Shown in pieces: positions 1-11,240 of a stretch of 64,000 nt of DNA. A model generated the notes under the pieces. The model saw nothing but the letters and a program-made list of their open reading frames with translations, was not told the DNA's origin and searched no databases. The stretch lies in the NCBI RefSeq assembly GCF_009914755.1, contig NC_060935.1. One strand, written 5' to 3'. A program made the translations under genes and the position numbers. The stretch's first letter is position 1, and the number at the start of each line of letters is the position of its first letter. The stretch comes from the human T2T-CHM13v2.0 reference genome, Homo sapiens.

Positions 1-417
1 GCCATCTTCATTATTGTCTTGATCTTCACCTCCTGGAAATAAAAAGGAACCTTTCTCAATGTCCCCAAGACTTAGCGAAGTCCAGACCATACTGTGTTGA
101 CCACATTTCATTTCTTTTGTCCTTTTTCTAGAGTGTCCTATGGGAGTTCTATTTTTACCCTATTCCCACTCCTCTGGTCAAGGGACTAACCCTTGACCAA
201 TACCTTCCAGTCAAGGTTTCTCTAGGACCTATCTTTGGCCTTTTCTGAAAGCTAGTTGTTTCCTGTGGCAAGGCTCAGCTTTTCACCAGGAGCTCTAAGT
301 CAGTATCTATAATTAAATTCCCAAGTGACTTTGAGTCTTTAGGTGGTGGGCATAATTTTGAACTGACCTTTTCTCTTATAGCCATAGTCAAAGAGAGATG
401 CTCCTCATCCCTCAGTA

Positions 418-860
418 GCAGTGCAATACGTCAGTTAAGAATACACAATCTAGAATGGGTTGCTTGAGTTCAAACCTTAGCCCTACCGCTTGGAAGCAGA
501 AGAGAAGAAATGTCTAAATTTCTCTTCTGTAAAACAGGGACGACACTATAGCCCAGTAACTGGGAAACTTTTTCTAAAAGAATCAGATAATACATATTTT
601 AAGCTTTGCAGCCAAGAGGTGAAATGGAGGATATTATATAGGTACTTATTTAACCATTAAAAAGGTAACCATTTAAAAATGTAAAAACTATTCCTAGCTC
701 ACAAACCGTAGTAAAACAGGCAGCTATCTGGTTTCACAGGCTGTAGTTTGCTGACCTCTGAGGCTCATTTCATTAGATTGTTGTGAAAATTAAATCTGTT
801 ACCATTTTCTAAGTTAGGAGATAATTCCCAACAGACAGTAAGCATTTAGCAAGAGTACTT
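418..860 (+). mobile_element. MIR SINE relic, split by a MER58C insertion
   Basis: MIR-like head (cagttaagaatacac...gagttcaaacc...ctgtaaaacaggg) to ~553, resuming at ~761 (ttgttgtgaaaattaaat...cagtaagcattt). Confidence 0.6.
554..760. mobile_element. MER58C-like hAT-Charlie DNA transposon MITE
   Basis: Starts cagtaactgggaaactttttct, has internal gaggatattatataggtactta, ends gctgtagtttgctgacctctg; matches recalled MER58 termini. Confidence 0.75.
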
Positions 861-1782
861 CCCTGATTCCTTCTCTCGTGAATAAAATAAAATCAATTTA
901 TAACAAGCAAGAAAAACATATGATTCTCTCTGGCCCATTTTTTAAGCTTCTCCTCTTGCCTTGGCACATCATGTGTAGTGCCTAATTTTAATAGTTTTAT
1001 CATAGGTTTGTGGTAACTCTAGCTCTCCTCCTTCTTTCAACAACAATTAATTGCTCTCCTGTCTCTCTTTTTCTAAAAAAAAAAATCTTATTTTATATTA
1101 TGTATGCATTAGGTTACCTCAAGTCTCCTTATTTTAAAATATGGATGTGGTCATCCGGGAGACCTTTACTAACCCTTAAAACGTTCTTTCTCACACACTC
1201 AATAACCTTGACGAAAACTTACTTACATGCCTGGGATTATATATCCCCTATCTGACTTTTGCCACTGTGAGTTGGTCATTATAACCAGAGAAATGACTAG
1301 TTTCCTGATTAGGGAGGTGCCACATAAATGAATAGGTATTTTAAGAAAGGTCACAGATGCATTTGTCTCTTAAATCTTATTTATTTGTGTAATCTTAAAT
1401 ATCTAGTTTCCATGTTCCTCTGTGACAGCAATTAACGTTCAATGACAGCGGTCAATCTTACATTTTTCTTACAAACACTATCTTCCCCAACTATTTCTAG
1501 GTAGGAAAAAAGTGCATCACATTATCAGACTGACCACTGGATCATCGGCAGGGGCAATTTCAAGTTATAGATATTGACCTTCCCCAAAATGAATAGTAGT
1601 TACTAGGGACAGAAATCCATGTGCTATCTCCTTGTCAGAGCATCAACCTCTCAGCGCCCCCTCCCCGCCTCCTTATTCTTAGCTGCAGGAATGCCAGGTG
1701 GCTCTGAATTTCTGTGGCTTCTGCAATGTTTCAGCCATGGTTTCAACAAGCAACAACAGTGAGACTGACTTCCAGAAGAGAT

Positions 1783-1920
1783 GTATTTTATAGATGGAGA
1801 AATTAAGGCTCAGAGACGTGAAATGACTTAACTGAGGATGCTTTGAAGTTACTGAGTGGAGATGTAAATTCAATGCTATCTGGCCATGAAGCCCAAAGGC
1901 TAAGCTATTTTCGCTGTGCT
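1783..1920 (-). mobile_element. MIR fragment
   Basis: ttttatagatggagaaattaaggctcagagacgtgaaatgactt resembles the reverse MIR core. Confidence 0.7.
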
Positions 1921-2124
1921 ATCCAGTCTCCCTCTAAAAACACTCACTGGGGCCAAGCACTAAGCTACTATTTTCCATGGTTAGCGGTTGAGCTCAGTGA
2001 TGACTCAGCTGGCATGAAGCAAACCTGAGGTTGAATAGGCAGTAACTAGAATTGGTCAAAATTGTGAATAGGGTGAAAATATGGGCTCAGTCACAGAGGA
2101 TCAAAGGTGTGGCTGGGATGAGGT

Positions 2125-2345
2125 CAGGCGTCTGGATTTATGTGAGACAGACATGAATATAAATGTCAACTCTATTACTTCAAAGTTTTATTAGCTAAGT
2201 TACTTCATGCCTCTGAGATGCCATTTCCCTAAAAAAGATGATAATATCTGCCTCATAAAATTAGTAAGTAACAGTTTATGAAAATCACTTTACACAATCC
2301 TTGGCTCTCCAATAAGTGTCCAATAAATGGCAATTTCTATTGTTA
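2125..2345 (+). mobile_element. MIR fragment
   Basis: aagttacttcatgcctctgag...gataatatctgcctcata...aagtgtccaataaatggc. Confidence 0.6.
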
Positions 2346-2941
2346 GTCCATCAATTGCTAAAGTTCTGTTGGTGTCTTCATTATTGAGCCTACATGCCTT
2401 GGGATTGGACTTAGATAAGGAACTGTATTTTCCATGTTTTGGGTGAATTCTCTTCAATAAAGTCATTCTCTGGGGCTCATTCTCTGGGTATGACTACCGG
2501 AAAACTAGATTTCAGCCAGGTGCTCTTTGATCCAAGTCATTATCTTCAAGGCAAAAGAGCAGCTTGATAGGAAATGCTCCTAAAGAAAGTCAGTTGAGTA
2601 AAAAAGCAAACTGTCTCCATACCACGAGGGTAGGTTCTTAGGTAAACCCACCACTTAGAATCTTTTTAAAGAAATCATCTCCTAATGGCCTCTTATCAGG
2701 TATTCATATGCTATGTGATTACAAATGAATTACTTCTACCTACATATTTCTGTTCTTGTTTAAAAAATCTCTATCTTGTTTCTGAGTCACCTCCAAAATT
2801 TTCTATATTTTAAAAGTGCATTGGTATTTATATTTCTTAAATTTTATTTTTTCTTTTAAAGAGTGCTTGGATATAAAACGTTATTTTGTCCTTGATTCTG
2901 TATTTGCACTTACACTGATCATACTCAAAAACAGAGGGATC

Positions 2942-3086
2942 TATTTATTTAACAGTGATTTATTAAGCATGTATAATATATGTGTGTGTGTGTATTTATA
3001 TATATGCCAGATAGGGGACCCTGGGCTGGCATACAAGTGAATAAGATAAAGACCCTGCCCTCTGAGAGCATACATCCCGGTGGAGC
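2942..3086 (-). mobile_element. L2 3' end fragment
   Basis: tttattaagcat...gtgaataagataaagaccctgccctc resembles the reverse L2 tail. Confidence 0.6.
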
Positions 3087-5294
3087 CTGTTTATGAGTCT
3101 CTAGATCCATTATATATTAACCTTTCTAAACAACTAATAGGGAGACATAGCGCTGTCTCGTAATTCTATTTAAAATTATTCTAACTATATTATGATTATT
3201 ATGGATTAAGTGCTATAAAATAAAAGTTAATTCATTTTTTGTGTATCTAACTATGCACAAGGCACCTGGGCAACACACCAATTATGAAATGTAAACCTTA
3301 GCTATACCTACTATGCATTCTAATTGGACAGAACAAACATAAACACAGGGGTAAACAACATCACAGTCAAATAATAATTTAAGCAATGCTAAGAAAACTT
3401 GTCATGGGGGTTTGCACCTCTAGAGGCTCATTACCTAGAGACTTTCTGTGAATTCAGAGAGTGAATAAGGAGCAGACAACACAATTTTTGTTTCTGCTGC
3501 TTTTTTCTTCCACTGTAAGAGCAGAAAATAAAAATCTTAGGAAATAAAGCCATCTCTTCTCCTTTCTTTGTAAAAACCTGTGATGACCTCTCTTCCAATC
3601 AGGAAAGAGTTTCCCTTGGCAACCATATCACTTATCATCCTTCCCAACACAGCTCTGTAAATAAAAGTTATTTTGAAGAGAGCAACTAAAGATTACTCTC
3701 TAACAAACCATTTGCTTTATCTTACTCCAAATTAGATGGTGGCATGAGCTCTTATTTAAAAGAAATACATTTCTGATCCATTATAAACATTTTGAGAAAT
3801 AGTTTGAATAATTTAAAAACATATTTACATTAGAATTAGTGATGCCCTTTAATATGGTAACTTGAAACCCTCAAAGTCTTTTATTTTTAATCCTTTGGGT
3901 TAGATTCATCAAATATAACCTCATTCTGGCTTTAGATATAATTGAGGACAAATGATGAAATCAAGCAGAATAGCATGGCCTCGTAAGTCATAGTTAAATA
4001 CATATAATTAAAATGTATCTAATCAGTATGCAAAACAGTTTGAAAAGAGGAAAATAAAATATCTTCTCTAAATCCAAGTAACCCTTATAGGCAGAACCAT
4101 GGTGAGACTGATATTATCATCGATATAGTCTTGAATCTGGTCTAATTTATATTTTAAAATATCAGTTGCAACATATAGAGAGGTTTAATGATTTTTAAGA
4201 ACACACTGTTTTACTTTTAACAACACATGCTACTTATTCCATACCAATGGGATGCAGAATTATATTTAATAACCACTACCTTGGGCTGTATTGTAGAACT
4301 CATCTATGAAAAAAACACTGCATCAGCTAGCTTTTGCTGGAGATATCTTGCTGGATGAAGTTGCTCTAGGGCTACCTGAAATGCTGCTGGCTTTGCCTTC
4401 TTTTCCCAGTGAATGGAAGAAAGGGTCCTAGCAGGTATTTTAAGAATGTGTGAACAATTCCTTTCATTTTTGTATTTCCTTTACTTTTCACTCACTCAGA
4501 GCTGCACCATGACAAATGTTCCCCTTGCTTCTTGAAGAGCTGAATATGCAACAGTTATTATATGGAATGAAAATCTAAAAAAAAATTTCTGCTCAACGCT
4601 GGAGTGTTTGAGGAGTTGCAAAATGAATGGAATTTTTATGCATCTCAGTAAATGACTTTGCTTGCAATTAAAACAAACCTGAGAAGTCATGTCTCCCTGT
4701 GGTGAGAACCTCCTTCCTTTTCAGAGAGGCTCACTGTGGGGCAGACAAGGCTTTGGGGTTCCCCAAGTGACTGTATTTCTTTATGAATCCACGGCAAATC
4801 ATTAACAAACTCACAATCCCAGTCCCTTAAAATAGTAACTGGTTTTTTTTGTTGTTGTTTTTTGTTTTGTTTTGTTTTGTTTTTGCTTCACTACAATGTC
4901 ATTATTCAATCTAACACCTTTCTCAGCTGATTACAATGTCAGATTGCTTTTACCATCCCTTTCACCTGAAAAAGAAGGTGATATTGGAAACACATTTTTT
5001 ATGCAAATTAGAAGCTGTCACCACTCTTACTGCTATAACAGAGACTTCTATGGAAATTTAGGGGCAGGAGATCAAGGAATTGAGACCCACTGCATCTTTA
5101 CTTGTGGCAGTTGGGACATGTCTGGAAAGTAGAGAGCTGCAGGCCTCTTGCTGACATTTTATGATTCCTGAGAGAATTACTTTGGACCTTTCTGCCAAAT
5201 CTATTTCACCATATAACAATAGGTCCTACTTGTGTTTCATGCTTCCAGTATTTCTTTCATCAGTTCCACCTTTGAGTTCCCATGAGAGGTTTCC

Positions 5295-5510
5295 ATTTAT
5301 TCATTAAATCAGCAAATATTATTGAGCTCCCGCTATGTGTCAGATACAGTGCAAAGAGCTGGGGATATCATGGTAACTAAAGTAAATATATCTGATCCAC
5401 AAAAACCTTCCATTTAATGAAAGTAAGCAATAGATATCAAATTTTATGTAAAATTATAACTGCGATTCATGCTTATAATAGAGGCTTAAAATTGTGCTTT
5501 AGAAGTGTTT
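5295..5510 (-). mobile_element. L2 3' end (appears to continue at ~10880-11240)
   Basis: ttcattaaatcagcaaatattattgagctcccgctatgtgtcag...gctggggatat. Confidence 0.7.
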
Positions 5511-5514
5511 TGTT

Positions 5515-7604
5515 AATAGATAAATAGATCAATGCAGCAGAATAGAGAACACAGAAATAGACACACATACATATAGTCAACTGATCCTTGACAAAGGACC
5601 AAAGGCAATTCAATAGAGAAAAGATAGTCTTTTCAACAAATGGTGCTGGAGCAACTGGGCATCCACATGCAAAAAAAAAAAAAAAAAAAATCTAGACACA
5701 GACCTCATACTCTTCAAAAAATTAACTCCGTGTTTAATTTTATGTGTCAACTTTACTGAGCTAAGGAATGCCCAGATAGGTGGGAAAACATTATTTCTGA
5801 GTGTGTTTGTGAGGATATTCCAGAAGAGATTGAGTTCATAGACTGAGCATAGAAGATTGCCCTCACCAATGTGGACAGATATCATCCAATCGTTTGACAG
5901 CCCAAATAGAACAGAAAAGCAGAGCAAAAGTGAATTTGCTCTATCTTGGTTTGAGCTGGGACATCCATCTTCTCCTGCCTTCAGACACTGGCACTCCTTG
6001 TTCCCAGGCCTTCAGACTCATACTGGGATTTACATTATTGCCACACTCCCTCCCTGTCCCATTCTCAGGCCTTTGGACTCTGATCAAATTATGCCACTGG
6101 CTTTCCTTATTCTCCAGCTTGTAGATAGGAGCTTGTGGAATTTGCCAGCCTCCATAATCATGTGAGCCAATGCCTATAATAAAGCCGCTCATATATATAC
6201 GTCTATAACTATATCTAAATTTAATGTATATGTATCTATTTCCTACCAGTGCTGGTTCTCTGAAGAAACCTAATTAATACAAATACAAAGTATATAATAA
6301 ACCTAAATGTGAACTGTAAAACTACAAAACTCCTGGAACCTAACGTTGGAGAGAATCTAAGTGACCTTCAGCATGGCAATAGTTTTCTAGATACAATACC
6401 AAAGCCTTGATTCATAAAAGAAATAATTGATAAGTTGGATTTCATTAGAACTAAAAAGTTATGTTATTTTAAGACATAGTGAAAGAATAAGAAGAAAAGA
6501 CACAGAGTGGGAGAAAATATTTTGCAAAAGGCACATCTCATAAAGGACTTTTATTATACAAAATATATAAAGTACTCTTAAATGCAACAATAAGAAAATG
6601 AATCACCCAACTAAAAAATGGGCGAAAGACCTGAACAGAAACCTCACCAAAGAAAATATACACATGGCAATAAGCACGTGAAAAGATGCTTAACATTATA
6701 TGTCATTAGGAGACTGAAAATTAGAACACCTGTAAGACACCACTACACACCTATTAGACTGACCAAAACACAAACACTGAAAACAACAACTACTAGCAAG
6801 GATGTAGAACAACAGAAATTCTCATTTCCTACTGGAATACAAAATGATATAGCCACTTTGGAAGACAGTTTAGCAGTTTCTTACAAAATTAAACACATTC
6901 TTACTATACAACCCAGCAATTACACTCTCAGGTATTGATCTAAATGATTGGAAAACTTAGGTCTACACAGAAATATGCACTTGAATGTTTTAGGTGCTTT
7001 CTACATTACTGTAAAAACTTAGAAGCAACCAAAGTGTTATTCAGTAGGTAAATGGATAAATCAACCATGGTATCTTCAGACTGTGGATTATTATCCAATT
7101 CTAAAAATAAGTGAGCTTTTAGATCATGAGGAAAAACCTTAAGTGCATATTACTAAGTGAAAGAAGCCAATCTGAAAAGAATATGTAGTGTATGAACCCA
7201 ACTATATGCCATTCTAGAGAAGGTAAAACCATGGAGAACGTAAAAAAGTCAGTTGTTGCCAAGAGTTGGAGTGGAGGGAAGAATGAATGGGGAAACACAG
7301 AGTATTTTTAGGCAGTAAAACTGTTCTGTTTGATAGTATAATGGTAGATACATGTCATTGTACATTTGTCAAAACTCATAAAATGTACAACACCAAGAGT
7401 ACAACCTAATATAAAATACGAACTTCAGGTGATAATGGTGTGTCAATGTAAATGTATCGATTAGAGCAAATGTTTCACTCTGATATAGAATGTTGAAAGT
7501 GGGGGAAGCTGTGGTGGTGGGTAGGGTGTATATAAGAACTCTGTATTTTCTGCTCAATTTTTCCATGAACCCAAGACTGCTCTAGAAATAAATTATATTA
7601 AGAA
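5515..7604 (+). mobile_element. L1MC1/2-like LINE-1, 3' part of ORF2 plus 3'UTR, interrupted by an MLT2B LTR
   Basis: ORF2 motifs (tcttttcaacaaatggtgctgg, gccactttggaagacagttt); terminus aactctgtattttctgctcaatttttccatgaacccaagactgctct. Confidence 0.85.
5730..6281 (+). mobile_element. MLT2B-type ERVL solo LTR
   Basis: ttaattttatgtgtcaact...gccctcaccaatgtgg...tgagctgggacatccatcttctcctgcc...aataaa...ends ctaattaataca. Confidence 0.85.
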
Positions 7605-7659
7605 ATGTTTTTGTTACTAAAAAGAGGTATACACAATAGTATAGGTGTGTATAATCAGG

Positions 7660-8545
7660 AAAAACACTTTCAGAATTGTGGGATAAGGACCTCTGAAAAG
7701 TCTCTTCTTTGTAAAGCAACAAAAATACTGGCGAATATTATCAAACTCAGCTTTGTTAGAACTGTAAAGATTAACAAAGGCATATAACAATCTGAACAAT
7801 GCTTATTCAAGAAAAATTATTGACTCTCAGTAAGAACAGCAAATTTTGTTGTGTTTTAACTTGACTAATTCTCATTCTCTTTTCCCAGTTCTGTAGTTCC
7901 CTTGAAAATTTATAGTATTAATAGTAGCTTTGTAACTATGGTAGCTATGAAAATCAGCAGCCTAGAAGCTGTAGGAACAGGAAGGACATATTTGGAGCTC
8001 TCAAAATTTTTATCTCCCATGAATTATCACTATTTTACCTGCTTAGAAGCTCCATTAAAAATTTCATACACAGGAACTGCCTTTACTTGACTTGATTTAA
8101 AACTTACTCTGTGTGAATCACCTTATTCTTGAGCATGTGTCAAGAACAATCAGTGGCAATTATTTAACATTGCATCTGCCTGAGGCTATAATACAAGTTG
8201 GCAAAACAAAAGATTACTAAAAATCTTAAAAGATAAACCTGTGGGATAAGGTATTAATTGGAGTTTAAAAGCTGGGCATCTACAAAAAGAATGTGCATGT
8301 GCAGATATTACAAGTTTCCAGAAAAGACATGAGAAAACTCTAATTTCTCATCTCTGGCTGATTTTGGGGCTCCAAGCAGGCAGAGATTTAAGATGAAGAT
8401 GGAATTACAAAGTGCCTACTGAAGTATTGAAGGTGTGCCCTAACGCACAGAGTCCTTTGGCAAGGGCTGGGAGACTTATTGGCTCAAGAAATGTTAGGAG
8501 ATATTTGTCTAGTTATTAACTAAGCACTAAGCTAAACAAGCAAAA
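7660..8545 (+). mobile_element. Old L1 (L1MC/MD-class) 5' region
   Basis: aaagcaacaaaaatactggc...ttattcaagaaaaa...cagtaagaacagc...gttttaacttg resembles recalled L1MCa/MDa 5' consensus. Confidence 0.55.
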
Positions 8546-8839
8546 ATGCCTGATATAAATCCTACCTTATCAATAAATGTAAATGGACTAAACAGTCTAA
8601 TAAAAAGGCAGAATGACAGAATGGATTTTTTAAAAATCCAACTATGTGCTTTCTACTTTATACTTTACATTCCAAGACAAAAATATATTGAAAACAAGAG
8701 GATGGAAAAAGATATGTCATGCAAACAGCAACCACAGAGAGTTTGGTGGCTATGCTAATATCAAACAAAATAGACTTTAAGACAAATTATTACTAGAAAC
8801 AAAGGAGAACATTTCTCAATAATAAACATGTTAATTCTA

Positions 8840-9203
8840 TGTATTAGTTTGTTTTCATGCTGCTAATAAGCACATAGCTGAGATTTGGTAATTTATAAAG
8901 AAAAAGAGGTTTAATGAACTCAGCATTCCACATAGCTGGGGAGGCCTCACAATCATGGAGGAAAACCAAGGAAGGCCAAAGTCTTGTCTTACATGGCAGC
9001 AGGCAAGAGGGAGTGTGCAGGGAAACTGCCTTTTATAAGACAACCAGATCTCATGAGATTTTTCACTATCACTAGAACAGCACAGGAAAAACCCGCCCCC
9101 ATGATTCAATTACCTCCTACCAGGTCCCTCCCACGACACATGGGAATTATGGAAACTACAATTCAAGATGAGATTTGGGTGGGGACACAGCCAAACCATA
9201 CCA
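8840..9203 (-). mobile_element. THE1B/C (ERVL-MaLR) solo LTR
   Basis: Ends gatgagatttgggtggggacacagccaaaccatacca (reverse of the THE1 5' end); 5-bp TSD ttcta/atcta. Confidence 0.9.
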
Positions 9204-10266
9204 ATCTATAAGGAAGACATAATAATTGTAAATATATATGCAGCTAACAACAAAGTCCCCAGATACAGGAAACTAGGAATGATAGAAATAAAAGTAGCAA
9301 TAGGTCATTCACTAATAACAGTTACAGACTTCAATTTCCCATTCTCAGTAATAGGTAGAATAATGAGGCAGAAAACGAGGAAATAGAAGACTTGAACAGC
9401 ATTATAAAAAAACTAGACCTAAAAGACATCTAAAACAATCCACTCAGCAACAGTAAAATACACATTTTCCTCAAGTGCACACGAAACATTGTTCAGGATA
9501 GACTAGATAGATGTTAGGCCACAAAATAAACTTTAATAAATTTGAAATGATTAAATTATACAATGTTCTCTGACTACAAGGGATTAAAATTAAAAATTAT
9601 TAACAAGAAGAAATTAGGAAGATATACAAATATACGAAATCAAATAACACATTATTAAATAAGCAATGAATCAAATACAAAATTACCGCAAAATTAGAAA
9701 ATACATTGAGATGAATGAAAATGAAAGCACGTATAACAGCATCATCTGAGAAGCTGCTAAAGCAGTGTTTATAGGGAAATTTATAGCTGCAACTGCTTAT
9801 GCTAAAAAAGAAGAAAGATCTCAAATTAATAACCTAATTTTTTACTCTTATTCTCTAGAGAAAAAAACATCAAATTAAACCTAAGCAAGTTGAAGGAAAA
9901 AAATATTAAATATGAGAGTAAAAATAAAATAGAGAAAAAATAACAGAGTAACATAAATGAAATACAGTTATTTTCTTTGAAAAGATCAATACAATCAATG
10001 AAACTTTAGCTAGAGTGACAAAAATGGTAGAAGGCTCAAATTACTAAAGTTAAGAATGAAAGTAGGAGGGTTCCTTCTAATAATCTTACAGAAAGAACAA
10101 AGTATAAGGAAATACTATCAACAATTGCCTGACAACAAATCAGATAATGTGGATATCCACATAAAAAGACATAGGTAAATAGAGACACACAAGTAAATCT
10201 ACAATAAGTAAAGAAGTTAAACTAGAAATCAGAAATTTCCCATGAAAAATAGGTCAGGCTTAGATA

Positions 10267-10344
10267 TTAAGTTGTTGCAAAGGTAACTGTGGTTTTGGCC
10301 ATGACTTTCAGTGGCAAAACCTAACTACTTTTGCACCAACCTAA
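10267..10344. mobile_element. MADE1 (Hsmar1-derived mariner MITE)
   Basis: ttaagttgttgcaaaggtaa...tacttttgcaccaacctaa, 78 bp, TA on both flanks (10265-66, 10345-46). Confidence 0.9.
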
Positions 10345-10529
10345 TAGCTTCACTGGTAAATTCTAGTAGAGGTTTAAATAAGAATTAACATCAATACTTT
10401 GCAGACTCTTCCAAAAATTAGAAGAGACACTCCCCAACTCATTCTGTGAAACCAATATTACCCTGATTCCAAAACCAGACAGTCAACACAAGTAAGAAAA
10501 ATCAGACTGTGACCCCCGATGAACATAAA

Positions 10530-10875
10530 GTGATACATGCTACGACAGGGATGAATCTTGACAACATCACGCTAAGTGAAAGAAGCTGGTCACCAAAGGC
10601 CATATGTTGTGTAGCTCCTTTTATCTGAAATGTTAAGAATAGGCAAATCCATGGAGACAAAACGTAGATTAACGGTTGCTATGGGCTGAAGGGAGGGGAC
10701 AACTGGGAGTGATTGCTAATGAGTAGGGTGTTTCTAGGGATTAATGAAAACACTCCAAAATTAGATAGTGTTCATGGTTGTACAACTCTGTGTATTTACT
10801 AAATACTGAATTGTATGTTTTAAAAAGATGCATTTTATGATCTTTGAATTATATCTCAATAAGGCTGTTAAATAT
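10530..10875 (+). mobile_element. L1MB/L1ME-type 3'UTR
   Basis: gctaagtgaaagaagc...aataggcaaatccatggagac...gaattatatctcaataaggctgtt. Confidence 0.8.
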
Positions 10876-10907
10876 TTTATAGTGTGTATCATCAGGAGAT
10901 TTGACTA

Positions 10908-11017
10908 GAGTCAGTAACCATCCTGATTTACCTGAAATATGTCTTTCCTAAGACTTGGAGCTTCTAGCAGTAAAACTGGGAAGATCCCAGGCAAACAGGG
11001 ATGGGTTGGTCACTCTG
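10908..11017. mobile_element. MER81-like hAT-Blackjack MITE
   Basis: taaaactgggaagatcccaggcaaacagggatgggttggtcactct. Confidence 0.6.
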
Positions 11018-11019
11018 AC

Positions 11020-11240
11020 CCAAGAGAGGAGCATTTGAATTTAGATTTCAAGGACAGGAAGGAAATTAATAGAAGAAGTTGGGGAGAGAATTGTATATAC
11101 CAAGGCCTTGTGGGAAGAGAGAGGAATAGTTTAAGGGACTGAAAGAAGAAATAATGGCTGAGGGCTGGGTAAGCCGAGGCTGGAGGAAGGCAGTAGGGTT
11201 CAGACTCTTACAGGGGATAGTGAAGACCCTAAGAATTTAT
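11020..11240 (-). mobile_element. L2 fragment
   Basis: gcatttgaatttagatttcaagga...aaggccttgtgggaagag...gactgaaagaag...atggctgagg. Confidence 0.5.

Larger units (their letters stand above)
8546..10520 (+). mobile_element. Degraded L1 ORF2 (endonuclease to start of RT), interrupted by THE1 and MADE1
   Basis: Translation INVNGLNSLIKRQ matches the L1 ORF2 N-terminus; later motifs tttatagc, tttgaaaagatcaat, ccaactcattctgtgaaaccaatattaccctgat; many stops and frameshifts. Confidence 0.85.

Noticed and set aside
8546-10520. Endonuclease/RT-like peptides
   Set aside because: Fragmented, stop-ridden L1 ORF2 fossil, not an intact CDS
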